Shown here piece after piece: positions 29,603 through 39,610 of a stretch of DNA of 64,000 bases. How positions within the stretch are numbered: the stretch's first letter is position 1; every line of letters starts with the position of its first letter. The position numbers and the translations under genes were made by a program. The notes beneath the pieces were generated by a model that was given only the letters and a program-made list of their open reading frames with translations, had not been told where the DNA came from and made no database searches. The stretch is from Longimicrobiales bacterium (GTDB lineage Bacteria > Gemmatimonadota > Gemmatimonadetes > Longimicrobiales > Gaopeijiaceae). The stretch is from NCBI GenBank assembly GCA_965238005.1, contig OZ250165.1, forward strand, positions 2,048,001-2,112,000, in the 5' to 3' direction.

Positions 29603-30508
29603 CTATTCCCAAACGGCGAGGCCCATCCCTGTAGCGCCATAACCGTTGCCGTTATAGAACATGAAGCGCGCGCCTTCGTGCTCGACGACATGGGGATACG
29701 CCACGGCCTCCGAGTCCCATTCGCCCGCGGACGGCTCGATGCCTGCACCGCCGTCGTCCTGCGTCCAGTGCATGCCGTCCTCCGAGAGCCCGTATCCGAT
29801 TCGGTACTGTTCTCCCCGATACGCGTACCACAGGTGATACCCGGCGTCGTCCTTGAGTACGCACGGCTTTGCGACCGCAAAGACCCCCGGGAGGACCGGC
29901 TTGAGGCAAGTAACATCGTCGCGTGTCCAGCGGATCCCGTCCGTCGATGTCGCGTACTTCAATACATGCTCGAATTCCATGGCATGAGGATTAGCGCCCC
30001 AACAAACGTGCGAGCCGTACCACATTTTCCAATCGCCGCCGTCGTTCATCACCCACGGATAGGAAAGCGAAAAGGGATCGGCATCGTTGTGCCCCAGAGT
30101 CGGCGCGCGCGAAACCTTCGTAAACGTGAGGCCGCCGTCGTCACTGATCGCCGCGCCTAGTTCGCAACGCCACGGCACCGTTACGCATAGGTTCCAGCCC
30201 AGATAATACAGGTACAGCCCTTTCTCGCCTTCTGCGATACACCCGAGCGACGTGCCGCTGTCGTCGAAGAGACCCACCTCGCCCGGGCCGATGACCGCCT
30301 TGGACGAGATTTTGAGAATATCTTGCGGCGCGTTCACGTCGATTACGACGTATCCAACACTCGACCGATTCGCCTCGCCTCGACAGCTGAAATACACCCG
30401 GAACAAACTGTCCCCGATGGGAAGCGCGAAAGGATTGGAGGCATGAGAAACCATCCAATCGTACTCGTGGTCCGGCGAGAAAATACGGCCGAGCTTTCTC
30501 CACTTCAT
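29603..30508 (-). CDS. five-bladed beta-propeller (GH32/GH43-like) hypothetical protein
   Basis: MKWRKLGRIF, repeated SxDG and YP-x-V blade motifs, FYNGNGYG. Confidence 0.7.
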   Translation of the reverse strand: MKWRKLGRIFSPDHEYDWMVSHASNPFALPIGDSLFRVYFSCRGEANRSSVGYVVIDVNAPQDILKISSKAVIGPGEVGLFDDSGTSLGCIAEGEKGLYLYYLGWNLCVTVPWRCELGAAISDDGGLTFTKVSRAPTLGHNDADPFSLSYPWVMNDGGDWKMWYGSHVCWGANPHAMEFEHVLKYATSTDGIRWTRDDVTCLKPVLPGVFAVAKPCVLKDDAGYHLWYAYRGEQYRIGYGLSEDGMHWTQDDGGAGIEPSAGEWDSEAVAYPHVVEHEGARFMFYNGNGYGATGMGLAVWE

Positions 30509-30517
30509 TCGACAGTC

Positions 30518-31342
30518 CTACCCTTGTCCCGCCCGATACAGCCGCTCGTGGGGAGGCCGGTAGTACTCGTCGAGACTAGTGACGACTCGAGTGTACCAGC
30601 CGAGTAGCTGCTGGGTTCGCGGAAGCAACGCTTCGATGGAATCGTCACCCAGCATTCGCACATAATCGATTTGTTGCTTGAAGAACGAGCGCGTGAACTG
30701 GTGATTGATGCTCAACCGATCCTTGCCGGATCTGTTTTGACCGGAGGCATGGTATAACGTCGAGTCGAACACGATCATCGACCCGGCGGGGCATTCGGCG
30801 GGGATCGCATTTGAGTTCAAATACTCGTCCGACGGTACCGTTTCGCGTTGATGTGTATTCGGAACAACGAGCGTCCCGCCGTTCTCTTCGTGAAAGTCCA
30901 CTAGCGGAATGAAGACGTTTATCGAGGCCATGTACCCATTCAGAACTCTACGGAAATCCATGTGGAAATTGTTCTGAAAGACCTGAGGGGTCTCGCCGGG
31001 CCGAAATGATGGCAAGATGAACCCGTTCTGCAGGTGCATGATCGAAGTGTTCGAAACAGTGCCGTCGACGATCGCAAGAACGTCCGGTATTTCCAAGAAT
31101 CTCAGGAACCACTCGTCATAGCGTATCATCCCTCGAAGCACACCCAACTCACCCGCGGCTTCGAGGCGATCTTGGCCGATGTCGGCCACGATCGCCTCTT
31201 GGACTGCGTACATTCGATCGCACGTTTCTTGGACGATCGCGTCGTCGACAACGTTCGTGACAATTGAAAAGCCTTGGACTCGAACTGCCTCCAGTGCGAG
31301 CGAGAGCCAATCAGGGTTCTTCTTCGAATCGAGTAAGTTCAA
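30518..31342 (-). CDS. phytanoyl-CoA dioxygenase (PhyH) family Fe/2OG oxygenase
   Basis: HMD...H triad, ENGGTLVVPNTH, AGSMIVFD. Confidence 0.88.
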   Translation of the reverse strand: MNLLDSKKNPDWLSLALEAVRVQGFSIVTNVVDDAIVQETCDRMYAVQEAIVADIGQDRLEAAGELGVLRGMIRYDEWFLRFLEIPDVLAIVDGTVSNTSIMHLQNGFILPSFRPGETPQVFQNNFHMDFRRVLNGYMASINVFIPLVDFHEENGGTLVVPNTHQRETVPSDEYLNSNAIPAECPAGSMIVFDSTLYHASGQNRSGKDRLSINHQFTRSFFKQQIDYVRMLGDDSIEALLPRTQQLLGWYTRVVTSLDEYYRPPHERLYRAGQG

Positions 31343-31432
31343 AACTGCCTTCTCCTCATGAGAATATTCGGTGCGCCCGGATGCCTGAGTCGCGTGGCCG
31401 CCCGTTTGAGTCGATGGATTCTACGTCGAGCG

Positions 31433-32095
31433 TCACATGTTCAGCTCGGAGCTCTTGCGCCCCGCTTTCTCCGTCTTGGGAGCGATGTAGACGTCTTCCT
31501 CTTGGGTGTCCTTCATGATGATCGCACCCGCCCCGATGACGGTGGAGGGAGCGATGGTGATGTGATCCCTGATGGTGGCGTTCACGCCCAGGAAGCAACT
31601 GTCGCCGATCACGGTACCACCCGAGATTACCACGTGCGACGTGATGAAGCAGTGGTCCCCGATGACGGCGTGATGGCCGATGTGGTTACCGCTCCACACC
31701 ACCACGTTGTTGCCAATCTTCACGAACGGCTGGATCACGTTGTTCTCGAAGACGAAGGTGTTCTCCCCCACGTCCAGGTCGCTCCAGGTGGTGGCCTTGG
31801 AGCAGACATACGAGATCAGCTCGTAGCCGCGCTCCTTGCACAACCGACAGACATCGGCACGGGCGCGGTTGACCCCGCTGAAGCCAATGGCCACCAACAT
31901 GGCGAACTCATCGGGCGGGTAGAGGTCTTCCAGGGTCTCGAAGGCCACCACCGGGCGCCCGCCCAGCTCGGCAGCCTCTATGTAGTCCTCGTTCACCGTA
32001 AAGGCGACGACCTCATGGGGACTGTCCTCCGTCAGGTAGACGTCCGCCACCTGTGCGAAGTCGCCGGTGCCGAATATGACGACCTTCTTGCTCAT
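31433..32095 (-). CDS. NeuD/PglD-family sugar acyltransferase (hexapeptide repeat)
   Basis: VIFGTGDFA, NHIGHH, left-handed beta-helix repeats. Confidence 0.88.
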   Translation of the reverse strand: MSKKVVIFGTGDFAQVADVYLTEDSPHEVVAFTVNEDYIEAAELGGRPVVAFETLEDLYPPDEFAMLVAIGFSGVNRARADVCRLCKERGYELISYVCSKATTWSDLDVGENTFVFENNVIQPFVKIGNNVVVWSGNHIGHHAVIGDHCFITSHVVISGGTVIGDSCFLGVNATIRDHITIAPSTVIGAGAIIMKDTQEEDVYIAPKTEKAGRKSSELNM

Positions 32096-32724
32096 TCCAG
32101 ATTCTTTCTCACCAAGATGGTGAACTCGTAAAGTCCATAGTCGTGCAGCAGGGCGACCTGCCCCGAATACGTTCGCTTGCAGTGATCGAAGAGCCAGCTC
32201 GGGTCGGCGTAGAATAAATCATCACGCATATGCTCCGGATCGGAGTAGCTCGTGAGCGCGTTGAAGGCGAAGCCTTTCAGCGAGAGCATATGGAGCTCGT
32301 CCAGCGTCTCGAGAACGTACCCCTTCCACTCGGCCTCCGAGGTCTCGAGTTTGACATTGAGCACACCGCTGGCGACGACGTAGTCGGAGGGCCTCAGCTC
32401 GGCCTCGTTCGTGGTGAACTCCCATGGATCCCCCGGGTTGAGCCGCCTCGCCCGTAGGATCATCTCTTCCGACACGTCGTATCCCATGTACCGAAACGGC
32501 TGACCTCGCTGGGTGAGCACGTCGATCATCGCCCCGTACCCGCACCCGTAGTCCAGAAGAGAGTACTCCGTCGTCCCGAACGGCACGATCCCAAGGAGCT
32601 GATCGAAGCGCGTCTCTTGCGACTCGGTCGAGTTCCAGTCGACGCCGTGGGCCGTCTCACCGTGTTGGCGGACCTTCTCACTGTAGTAGTCGGCAACTCG
32701 CTCGCGAATCGAGGCGTCTACCAT
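32092..32724 (-). CDS. class I SAM-dependent methyltransferase
   Basis: GVDWNS, LLDYGCGYG, VASGVLN, HDYGLYEFT. Confidence 0.85.
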   Translation of the reverse strand: MVDASIRERVADYYSEKVRQHGETAHGVDWNSTESQETRFDQLLGIVPFGTTEYSLLDYGCGYGAMIDVLTQRGQPFRYMGYDVSEEMILRARRLNPGDPWEFTTNEAELRPSDYVVASGVLNVKLETSEAEWKGYVLETLDELHMLSLKGFAFNALTSYSDPEHMRDDLFYADPSWLFDHCKRTYSGQVALLHDYGLYEFTILVRKNLE

Positions 32725-32728
32725 CGGC

Positions 32729-32780
32729 AGTGTCCCGTTGCCGAAGTAAGCGAGCCACCAAGAGGGTCGGGGCGCCGTGG
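32729..32780 (+). mobile_element. MITE copy D (truncated, one end only)
   Basis: AGTGTCCCGTTGCCGAAGTAAGCGAGCCACCAAGAGGGTCG matches the ends of copies A and B and fills the GT2-methyltransferase intergenic gap. Confidence 0.7.
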
Positions 32781-32782
32781 GT

Positions 32783-33733
32783 TCAAGATCCGTCCCTCTC
32801 CCCGCCAACCTCCTCCAGGCGATCGTAGGACTGCCGGATAATCGTGTATGGCCGATCCTTGGTCTCGACGAAAACCTTCGAGAGGTACATGCCGATGACG
32901 CCGAGAAACGAGAAGGTGAGCCCACCGAGGAACCAGATGGATATGATCAGCGACGGCCAGCCGAGCCCGAAGTCGATGAAGAACAACTTGGCCAAAAGAG
33001 TGATTAGTGCCGCGGACACGGAGACCGCCGTCACGATCATACCGAGGTAGAAGACGAGAACCAGGGGTACGTTGCTGAACGCGGTGATCGACGTCACGGC
33101 GAAGTTGAGTTTCATCCGAAGGCTGTACGTGGACGAACCCTTGTGGCCCTTGTCCACGGGCACCGAGACCTGTTCGTAGCCCGTGATGGCCCACAGCCCA
33201 GCCAGGAACACCTCGTGGTCCCGATGCTCGATCAGGCTCTCCACGTACCGGCGCGTCATCAAGCGCGCGGACACCTGGTTCGCCGGCACCGGATAGCTGG
33301 TGAGCAGCCGGAAGATGGCGTAGTGTACGGCCCCGCTGACACGCTCGAACCACCTCCCCTTCCGTTTTCGCTGGACGCCGTAGACCACGTCGGCTCCCGT
33401 CTCCTGCATCCGCTCGTAAAACGGGCCGAGCCAGCTCGGATCTTCCTCAAGATCGCTGTCCAGTGAGAAGACAAGGTCACCCCGGGCGTGCGCGAGTCCG
33501 GTGAGGATCGCCTTGTGCTGACCGAAGTTGCGAGAGAGGTCGATGACCCGGACGCGCCGGTCCCTCTCGTAGAGCTCCAGCGCGATGTCCAGCGATTCGT
33601 CAGGAGAGCCGTCGTTGACCAGGACGATCTCGAAATCATCCGTGATTCCCTGGGCCGCCGCGCAGCAACGATCGTAGAAGTCCGGCAGGTACGGTGCGCT
33701 TCGGTAGAGCGTGGTGACGATGGAGAGCTTCAT
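32783..33733 (-). CDS. GT2 polyprenol-phosphate glycosyltransferase (GtrB/ArnC-like)
   Basis: LVNDGSPD, LSRNFGQH, DSDLEE, two C-terminal TM helices, ETKDRPY. Confidence 0.9.
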   Translation of the reverse strand: MKLSIVTTLYRSAPYLPDFYDRCCAAAQGITDDFEIVLVNDGSPDESLDIALELYERDRRVRVIDLSRNFGQHKAILTGLAHARGDLVFSLDSDLEEDPSWLGPFYERMQETGADVVYGVQRKRKGRWFERVSGAVHYAIFRLLTSYPVPANQVSARLMTRRYVESLIEHRDHEVFLAGLWAITGYEQVSVPVDKGHKGSSTYSLRMKLNFAVTSITAFSNVPLVLVFYLGMIVTAVSVSAALITLLAKLFFIDFGLGWPSLIISIWFLGGLTFSFLGVIGMYLSKVFVETKDRPYTIIRQSYDRLEEVGGERDGS

Positions 33734-34485
33734 CGACTTGACCCACTCAGCATGTGATCGGGCGCCCCCGTTCCGGTGTGGAAGATGAGATCGAGGATCG
33801 TGACCCGGTGAGCGAACGGCGGATAGAGCTGATCGTACTCGGGATACCCGTCGTATTCCATCCAGATGACGTCGACTCCGGCCTCCTCGAAGAGCGATTC
33901 GTCCAGATATGCCCGTGCCGAAGGCCCAGAAAGGTACTCGGTCGCGCCGGCGCCCCCGCAGAGGTCTATCAGGCGCTCCGACTTTTGGCCCGTCACCCCG
34001 TAGTCCATGGACCACGTGATCTTGGTGTCGATTCCGAGGATGCCGCAAATGGCGGTCAGGAATCGCTGGTTGATCTGGCTCAGATGCTCGTCCGATGCGT
34101 CTTGATAGACTTCCTCGATCCGCGCGGCGAACTGGGAAAAGCACGGGGCCTTCGAGTAGGCATGATAAAGGCTCTTCCAGTGCTTCTCACGCCAAGAGGG
34201 GTCGCTGATGCGCGTATCCTTGACGGCCTGACCGTACTTGCCTTTCGTCACGACCGGAACGGTGAGCCACTTGAGCCCGTCCGCGGTCTTGATGCGGTTC
34301 CGATTTCGCCAATCCCGGCGGGTGAACTGCGCATCGTCGAAGAGCACGAACTCGTCGACGCTCCCGATGAGGTCGAAGTATCCCTTCCACGGGATGTAGT
34401 TGGACTGTACGACGGCGATGCGCTTGGGCGCCGGGCGCACCTTGGCGCCGGCCGCCGGGGTCTCGGCCCCCGAGGCGTCAGCCAC
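33730..34485 (-). CDS. WbqC-family protein
   Basis: QSNYIPWKGYFD, WRNRNRIK, YLSGPSA. Confidence 0.9.
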   Translation of the reverse strand: MADASGAETPAAGAKVRPAPKRIAVVQSNYIPWKGYFDLIGSVDEFVLFDDAQFTRRDWRNRNRIKTADGLKWLTVPVVTKGKYGQAVKDTRISDPSWREKHWKSLYHAYSKAPCFSQFAARIEEVYQDASDEHLSQINQRFLTAICGILGIDTKITWSMDYGVTGQKSERLIDLCGGAGATEYLSGPSARAYLDESLFEEAGVDVIWMEYDGYPEYDQLYPPFAHRVTILDLIFHTGTGAPDHMLSGSSR

Positions 34486-35662
34486 AGCGGTACTCCCTGA
34501 CCGTGCGGATGACGACCTCTTGATTCGCCTCATCCAGTCCCGTAAAGAAAGGAAGCCGCACGAGACGAATGCTCACATCCTCGGCCACGGGGCAGTCGCC
34601 CGGCCGGGAACCCAGACTCTCTCCCATGGGCGACAGGTTAAGCGGCACATAGTGGAAGACCGAACTGACGCCGTTTTCCTCGAGAAAGGCGATGAACCGG
34701 CTCCGATGCTCGGCAGTCGGGAGCAGCAAATAGTACATGTGGAAGGTCTGCTCGACATGTTTGGGCACGACCGGCAGTTGTACGCCCTCTGCGTCCGCCC
34801 AGTCCGCCAGTCCTCCGTGGTACCGTTGCCAGAGCTCCTTCCGCTTCTGTTGAATGAGAGCTCTCGCCTCGAGCTGGCAGAGGAGGAAGGCGGACAGGAG
34901 ATCGGAGGGCTGATAGCTCGAGCCCAGGTCGACCCAGGTGTACTTGTCCACCAGACCCTCCAGGAACTGCGCGCGATTCGTACCCTTGTTCCGGATGACC
35001 TTCGCCCTGTCCAGCAGGTCGGCATCGTTCAGGAGGAGTGCCCCGCCCTTCCCACACGTCAGGTTTTTTGTCTCGTGGAAGCTCTGCGTGGCCATGACCC
35101 CGAACGTCCCCAGCGGCTTTCCTTTGTAGCTCCCCAAAAGACCGTGGGCGTTGTCTTCGATGATGGAGAGTCCGGCCTCGTCGGCGACGGTCTGGATCGC
35201 ATCCATCTCGCAACCCACGCCCGCGTAGTGGACCACTACGACCGCCCGCGTTCGTGGGGTGATCTTGGATTCAAGCAAGCGCTCGTCGAGGTTGAGGGTA
35301 TCGGACCGGACGTCGACGAAGACGGGCCTGGCTCCTCTGAGCGCGAACGCGTTGGCCGTGCTGACGAAGGTGAAGGAGGGCATGACGACCTCGTCCCCTT
35401 CTTCGAGGTCCAGCAGTAGGGCGGCCATCTCCAGAGCGTGGGTGCACGAGGACGTGAGCAGAGCCGCCTCGGCTCCGGTCATGTCTACGAGGAGCTCCTC
35501 GCACTGGTCTGTGAAAGGCCCACCCTCCGAGATCACAAGGCCCTCTACGGCCTCTCGCATCCGCCCGAACTCGGTCCCCACCAGGTAGGGCCGATTGAAG
35601 GGGATCCTCCCGTCGACGCGGATGTCCTCGGGTCCGGAGACCTCAGGTCCGTTCGTGCGCAT
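34478..35662 (-). CDS. rffA: dTDP-4-amino-4,6-dideoxyhexose transaminase (WecE/RffA-like)
   Basis: IPFNRP, SCTHALEMAALL, SFHETKN, KGTNRAQF, DKYTWVDLGSSY. Confidence 0.88.
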   Translation of the reverse strand: MRTNGPEVSGPEDIRVDGRIPFNRPYLVGTEFGRMREAVEGLVISEGGPFTDQCEELLVDMTGAEAALLTSSCTHALEMAALLLDLEEGDEVVMPSFTFVSTANAFALRGARPVFVDVRSDTLNLDERLLESKITPRTRAVVVVHYAGVGCEMDAIQTVADEAGLSIIEDNAHGLLGSYKGKPLGTFGVMATQSFHETKNLTCGKGGALLLNDADLLDRAKVIRNKGTNRAQFLEGLVDKYTWVDLGSSYQPSDLLSAFLLCQLEARALIQQKRKELWQRYHGGLADWADAEGVQLPVVPKHVEQTFHMYYLLLPTAEHRSRFIAFLEENGVSSVFHYVPLNLSPMGESLGSRPGDCPVAEDVSIRLVRLPFFTGLDEANQEVVIRTVREYRCG

Positions 35663-37275
35663 ACCGGACAATCTGCATCTCCGCTTCGAATTTGGGCCAG
35701 GATTATCACGTACCGTCCGTCCCGGAACTCCCGAACCACCTCGGCCGACAGCCCCGCAGTCATCTCGGCGAAGCGGATCAGGCCGAGGATCTTCTCCCCA
35801 CCGAGCCATGGGTAGTTGAAGAGAGCATAGACACATGGCGGCATCGGCTCTCCCCTGATGAGCTCGGCAAGGGACTCCACCGAGAAGTTGTGCCCGTTGG
35901 AGAGGGGACCGCTGGAGTATCCGAGTCCCGGATATTCCAGGAGATAGTGCTCGTAGTGTCCATAGTAGACCGGCACCTCCGCCGGGAGCTCCCCCAGGGC
36001 CCGGATGGCGGCCACCTCGAGGGCCTGGAGGCGACGATAGGCATTGGAGCGCTCCGTGAGCGGAGGGTCGTTCCCGGGGCCTTCCGTGTCGATGTCCAGG
36101 GGATAGAGAGCGCCGCTCGTGTTCAGAGCGAAGAAGGCCGAGAGGAGCACGAAGCAGACCGCCGCGGGCGATGTGAGGCGACGGCCCAGGAGTCGTTTCA
36201 CACCGTAGCCCACCCAGAGCAGGAGAAACGGCAGGATGATTACGTAGTAGCGGGGGAGCACCACGGTGTACCTGGTCGCCACCGGAAGGGCCACCATGAA
36301 GAGCAGCATGAAGAAGACGATGAGCACCCCGCTGTAACCCAGAACGAGGAGCTCCTGATGCTCCTGGGTCCGGGCCGGCGGGTCCAGGGGCTCGCTGCGG
36401 AGTGCTCCAAAGATCGGAATGGCGCACACGATGGCCGTCACGAAAAAAGCGGCGATGAAGACCAGCAGATCGGGAACGTTGAGGAGGAAGCGAGCCAGGT
36501 ACTGTCCGATTCCCCCGAAGACGGCATCGAAGGACGGCAGGAATGCGAAGTCCTCGGATCTACTGACCGCGATTCGGCCCAGGAGGGCGACGGCAGCCGT
36601 CCACAGCACCGGGAATACGACGATCTGCGCCACGCGTCTCGCCTTGTCGGACAGGCCGTGCCGCTCAACTAGTGTCGCTAGAGCGAGGGTGGCCGGGACG
36701 ATGATCCCGGTCTGCTTCGTCGCATAGGCCAGCGTGGCCCAGAGCACCGCCGGCCAGAACCTCCGCTCCGTCCAGGCGAGAAGGGCCAGGACCGTGAAGA
36801 GGAAGAGAGGCATCTCCATGTAGAGGTAGCCGACTTGGGTCGAAAAGATCGGATGGAGCAGCACGCTCACGCACAGAAGCACCGTTGCGACGCTGCCGAA
36901 AACGGGCCGGGCGAGGCGGAACAGCGTCAAGAGGGCCAGGGCCGCAACGGCGAAGTGGAGTAGGTGGAGAATCAGGAAGGCCCTGGTGCCCCCTCCGGAG
37001 GTCCACAGGACCACGGCCGTGGCAAGGGTGACCAGCGACGTGCTGGCGACGTTGGGTCCCCCCTCTTCGTAGCCCGGCATCCCCAACAGCTCGAGCAGAT
37101 CGAAGCCGTTCTCGGCCAAGGTGAGGGCAGGCGGGAACAGCCCCATGGCGGTGTCCCACACCGGCGGCTGGAGCAGCGTGTCCCACTTCAGGACGAGGAT
37201 AAGCAGAAACACGAGAGAAAACCGAGCCCAGGCGCTTTGGCCGAGGAAGTGAGTGACGGACGTCAGCCGTGGCAT
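35545..37275 (-). CDS. polytopic membrane protein, probable GT-C fold glycosyltransferase (ArnT/PMT-like)
   Basis: PVWD motif, many TM helices, LPRYY. The C-terminus overlaps rffA by 118 bp. Confidence 0.65.
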   Translation of the reverse strand: MPRLTSVTHFLGQSAWARFSLVFLLILVLKWDTLLQPPVWDTAMGLFPPALTLAENGFDLLELLGMPGYEEGGPNVASTSLVTLATAVVLWTSGGGTRAFLILHLLHFAVAALALLTLFRLARPVFGSVATVLLCVSVLLHPIFSTQVGYLYMEMPLFLFTVLALLAWTERRFWPAVLWATLAYATKQTGIIVPATLALATLVERHGLSDKARRVAQIVVFPVLWTAAVALLGRIAVSRSEDFAFLPSFDAVFGGIGQYLARFLLNVPDLLVFIAAFFVTAIVCAIPIFGALRSEPLDPPARTQEHQELLVLGYSGVLIVFFMLLFMVALPVATRYTVVLPRYYVIILPFLLLWVGYGVKRLLGRRLTSPAAVCFVLLSAFFALNTSGALYPLDIDTEGPGNDPPLTERSNAYRRLQALEVAAIRALGELPAEVPVYYGHYEHYLLEYPGLGYSSGPLSNGHNFSVESLAELIRGEPMPPCVYALFNYPWLGGEKILGLIRFAEMTAGLSAEVVREFRDGRYVIILAQIRSGDADCPVCARTDLRSPDPRTSASTGGSPSIGPTWWGPSSGGCERP

Positions 37276-37439
37276 GCGCGCTCGGGTGCGGATTCAGAGG
37301 TTGGATCCATGGTCAATAATTCACGCACGACTGATCGAGCACCAGCGTGCTCGGGCCTCGACGGGCTCACTGTAGCGCGGACGAGCCTCACGATCCGTCC
37401 CCGGCTCGGCCGAAGCCACCGTCCGGGTAGACGCAGGAC

Positions 37440-38675
37440 CTAGTGCCCTATAACCGATGATCGATCGGTATTCGAGCGGCGCTGCATCCTCCGAATCGAG
37501 GCGATGCCGAAGACCGGACCCAGCACCAGGATCGGGAACGCCCATGGCCAGCCCAGGGAATCGGTGAGGAGCGGCACCCCCTGAATGGTCACCATGGTCA
37601 GGAGGAAGCCGACCGAGGTCTGGAGCGTGAGGGCCGTACCCACTGCTTCCTGGGGCGCCACCTCCGTGACGAGCGCGCTGAATTGGGCCGAGTCGGCCAC
37701 CACGAAGAAACCCCAGACCAGGACCACGGGGACGAGGAGCCAGTAGCTCTGACCGAAGAGGAAGCCCACGACGAGACAGCACACACCGCTCACCCCCATG
37801 GAGAAGTTCACGAGCCGCTCCCGGCCGATCCTGTCGGCGGCCATACCACCCCACACGCACCCGAGGCCGCCGGCAGCGATGGCACCGAAGCCAACCAGGT
37901 CTACCACGGCCGGGGAAGGCGAAACTCCGAGACCTGCTCCTCGGGCAGCCGCGCTGGCCGCCAGGAAGGCCGGCACCCAGGTCCACATGGCGTACAACTC
38001 CCACATATGGCCCAGGTATCCGCCGGTCGCGAGTCGCGTCGGCCGGTCCCGAACCACCTTGGCTACGAGGGACCAAGAGAAGGGCGCGCGTCGGAACGGG
38101 TAGGGTCCCTCCCGGTACGCCGCAGCCACCAGCAGGCCTCCCACCGCCCCTCCTGCCGACGCGCCTAGGACCACCACGGAAAGCGGTGCGCTCCCCATGA
38201 GCTTCAGCAGATACGGCGTGGCCTTCCCCACCGTGAGGGCACCCACCACCGTCCCGATGGCCATGCCCCGGGCGCTCTGGAACCAGGTGGCGATCATCTT
38301 CATGGCCGGTGGATAGACGCCTGCCAGGAAGAAGCCCGTGAAGAACCGGAAAACCAGGGCGATCGCATAGCCGGGCGCGACCACCAACGCGGCGTTGGCC
38401 AGGGCGGCCAGGAGAGCCGACAAGGCGAAGTACCAGCGGGATGAGACGACATCCGCCAGGTTCAACACGGCGGCCGCCGCCGTTCCGGCAACGAACCCGA
38501 GCTGCACGAGCGTGGTGAGCCAACCGACCTGGCTGGAGCTCAGTCCCCAGCGCTCCTGCAGCACTGGGGAAACGGCACTGGCCGTGAACCAGGCGGACAT
38601 CCCCAGGAGCACAGCCACCGAGACCAGGGCCAGCATGCCCCAGCGGCGCCCATCGGTATCGCCCGTCAGCGCCAC
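37440..38675 (-). CDS. MFS transporter
   Basis: About 12 TM helices, YPPAMK, GHMWELYAMW, ADRIGRE, ADSAQFS. Confidence 0.9.
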   Translation of the reverse strand: MALTGDTDGRRWGMLALVSVAVLLGMSAWFTASAVSPVLQERWGLSSSQVGWLTTLVQLGFVAGTAAAAVLNLADVVSSRWYFALSALLAALANAALVVAPGYAIALVFRFFTGFFLAGVYPPAMKMIATWFQSARGMAIGTVVGALTVGKATPYLLKLMGSAPLSVVVLGASAGGAVGGLLVAAAYREGPYPFRRAPFSWSLVAKVVRDRPTRLATGGYLGHMWELYAMWTWVPAFLAASAAARGAGLGVSPSPAVVDLVGFGAIAAGGLGCVWGGMAADRIGRERLVNFSMGVSGVCCLVVGFLFGQSYWLLVPVVLVWGFFVVADSAQFSALVTEVAPQEAVGTALTLQTSVGFLLTMVTIQGVPLLTDSLGWPWAFPILVLGPVFGIASIRRMQRRSNTDRSSVIGH

Positions 38676-39589
38676 ACCACCGTTTGGACCACGAACCAGA
38701 GATTTGCCGGCCGCTCGGCCAGGCGCCTCATGTACCAGGGGAACCAGGCGGATCCGTAGGCGATCAGCGCCTCCACCTTGTAGCCCTCGCCGGCTAGCCG
38801 CTCCTGCTCCGAAGGGTTGATTCCGTAGAGCATCTGGAACTCCACCTCACCCCGGGGAATCCCCCGGGCCGCCGCTTCCTGCTGGATCTTCTCGACGAGA
38901 GTCCTGTCGTGAGTGGCGAAGGCCGCACGAACGCCACCGTTCGCCACCACGTCGAGGAGACGGCGCGAAAGCTCGAGGTAGTTCTTGTCCACGTCCCTCT
39001 TCCTGGGGAACGCGACGTCGGCCGGCTCGGCATAGGCGCCCTTCACCAGGCGGATGGCCGGCTGGAGAGGCAGGAGCTCTTCCAGGTCCTCGGCAGTGCG
39101 GTAGAGATAGGCCTGGAGGCAGAGGCCCGTGTTCTCGTAGCGGGCCCGGGCGCCTTTGTAGATGTCCAGAGTGACGTCCACATAACGGCTCGCCTCGATG
39201 TCGATCCACACGAAGCGGTTCAGCTCTTCGGCCAGCGAAAGGATGGCCTCCAGGTTGGCGGCCGCAAAATCGCGACCCAGGTCGACGCCGAGCTGGGTGA
39301 GCTTCAACGAGATCTCCACGTCCAAGTCACGGCGGTCGAGCTCATTGAGCACTTCCTGGTAGTGCTCCACCACCTCCAGCGCCTCCCGAGGCTCGGCGAT
39401 GTTCTCACCCAGGAACGTGAACAGCGTGCTCATGCGCGACTTCTGGAGGCGGAGGGCCTCCGTCATCGCGGCCTCCGGGGTTTCCCCCGGCATGAATCGT
39501 CGAACCGCACGCTGCACGAAGCGGAACCGGGGGAGACGCTCGGCCAGGAAGCGGTTCTTGGAGCCCCACAGCAGCAGTCCGCGTAGCAC
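38666..39589 (-). CDS. monofunctional proline dehydrogenase
   Basis: SLKLTQLG, QAYLYRT, RLVKGAY, FATHD, EFQMLYG, YMRRLAERPAN. Confidence 0.93.
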   Translation of the reverse strand: MLRGLLLWGSKNRFLAERLPRFRFVQRAVRRFMPGETPEAAMTEALRLQKSRMSTLFTFLGENIAEPREALEVVEHYQEVLNELDRRDLDVEISLKLTQLGVDLGRDFAAANLEAILSLAEELNRFVWIDIEASRYVDVTLDIYKGARARYENTGLCLQAYLYRTAEDLEELLPLQPAIRLVKGAYAEPADVAFPRKRDVDKNYLELSRRLLDVVANGGVRAAFATHDRTLVEKIQQEAAARGIPRGEVEFQMLYGINPSEQERLAGEGYKVEALIAYGSAWFPWYMRRLAERPANLWFVVQTVVWR

Positions 39590-39610
39590 GGTCAGCGTTG
39601 CTCCATATGG

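Noticed and set aside
37440..37461. CTAGTGCCCTATAACCGATGA at the MFS stop as a sixth MITE end
   Set aside because: Only weak similarity to the TIR, and no subterminal sequence or partner end was found.
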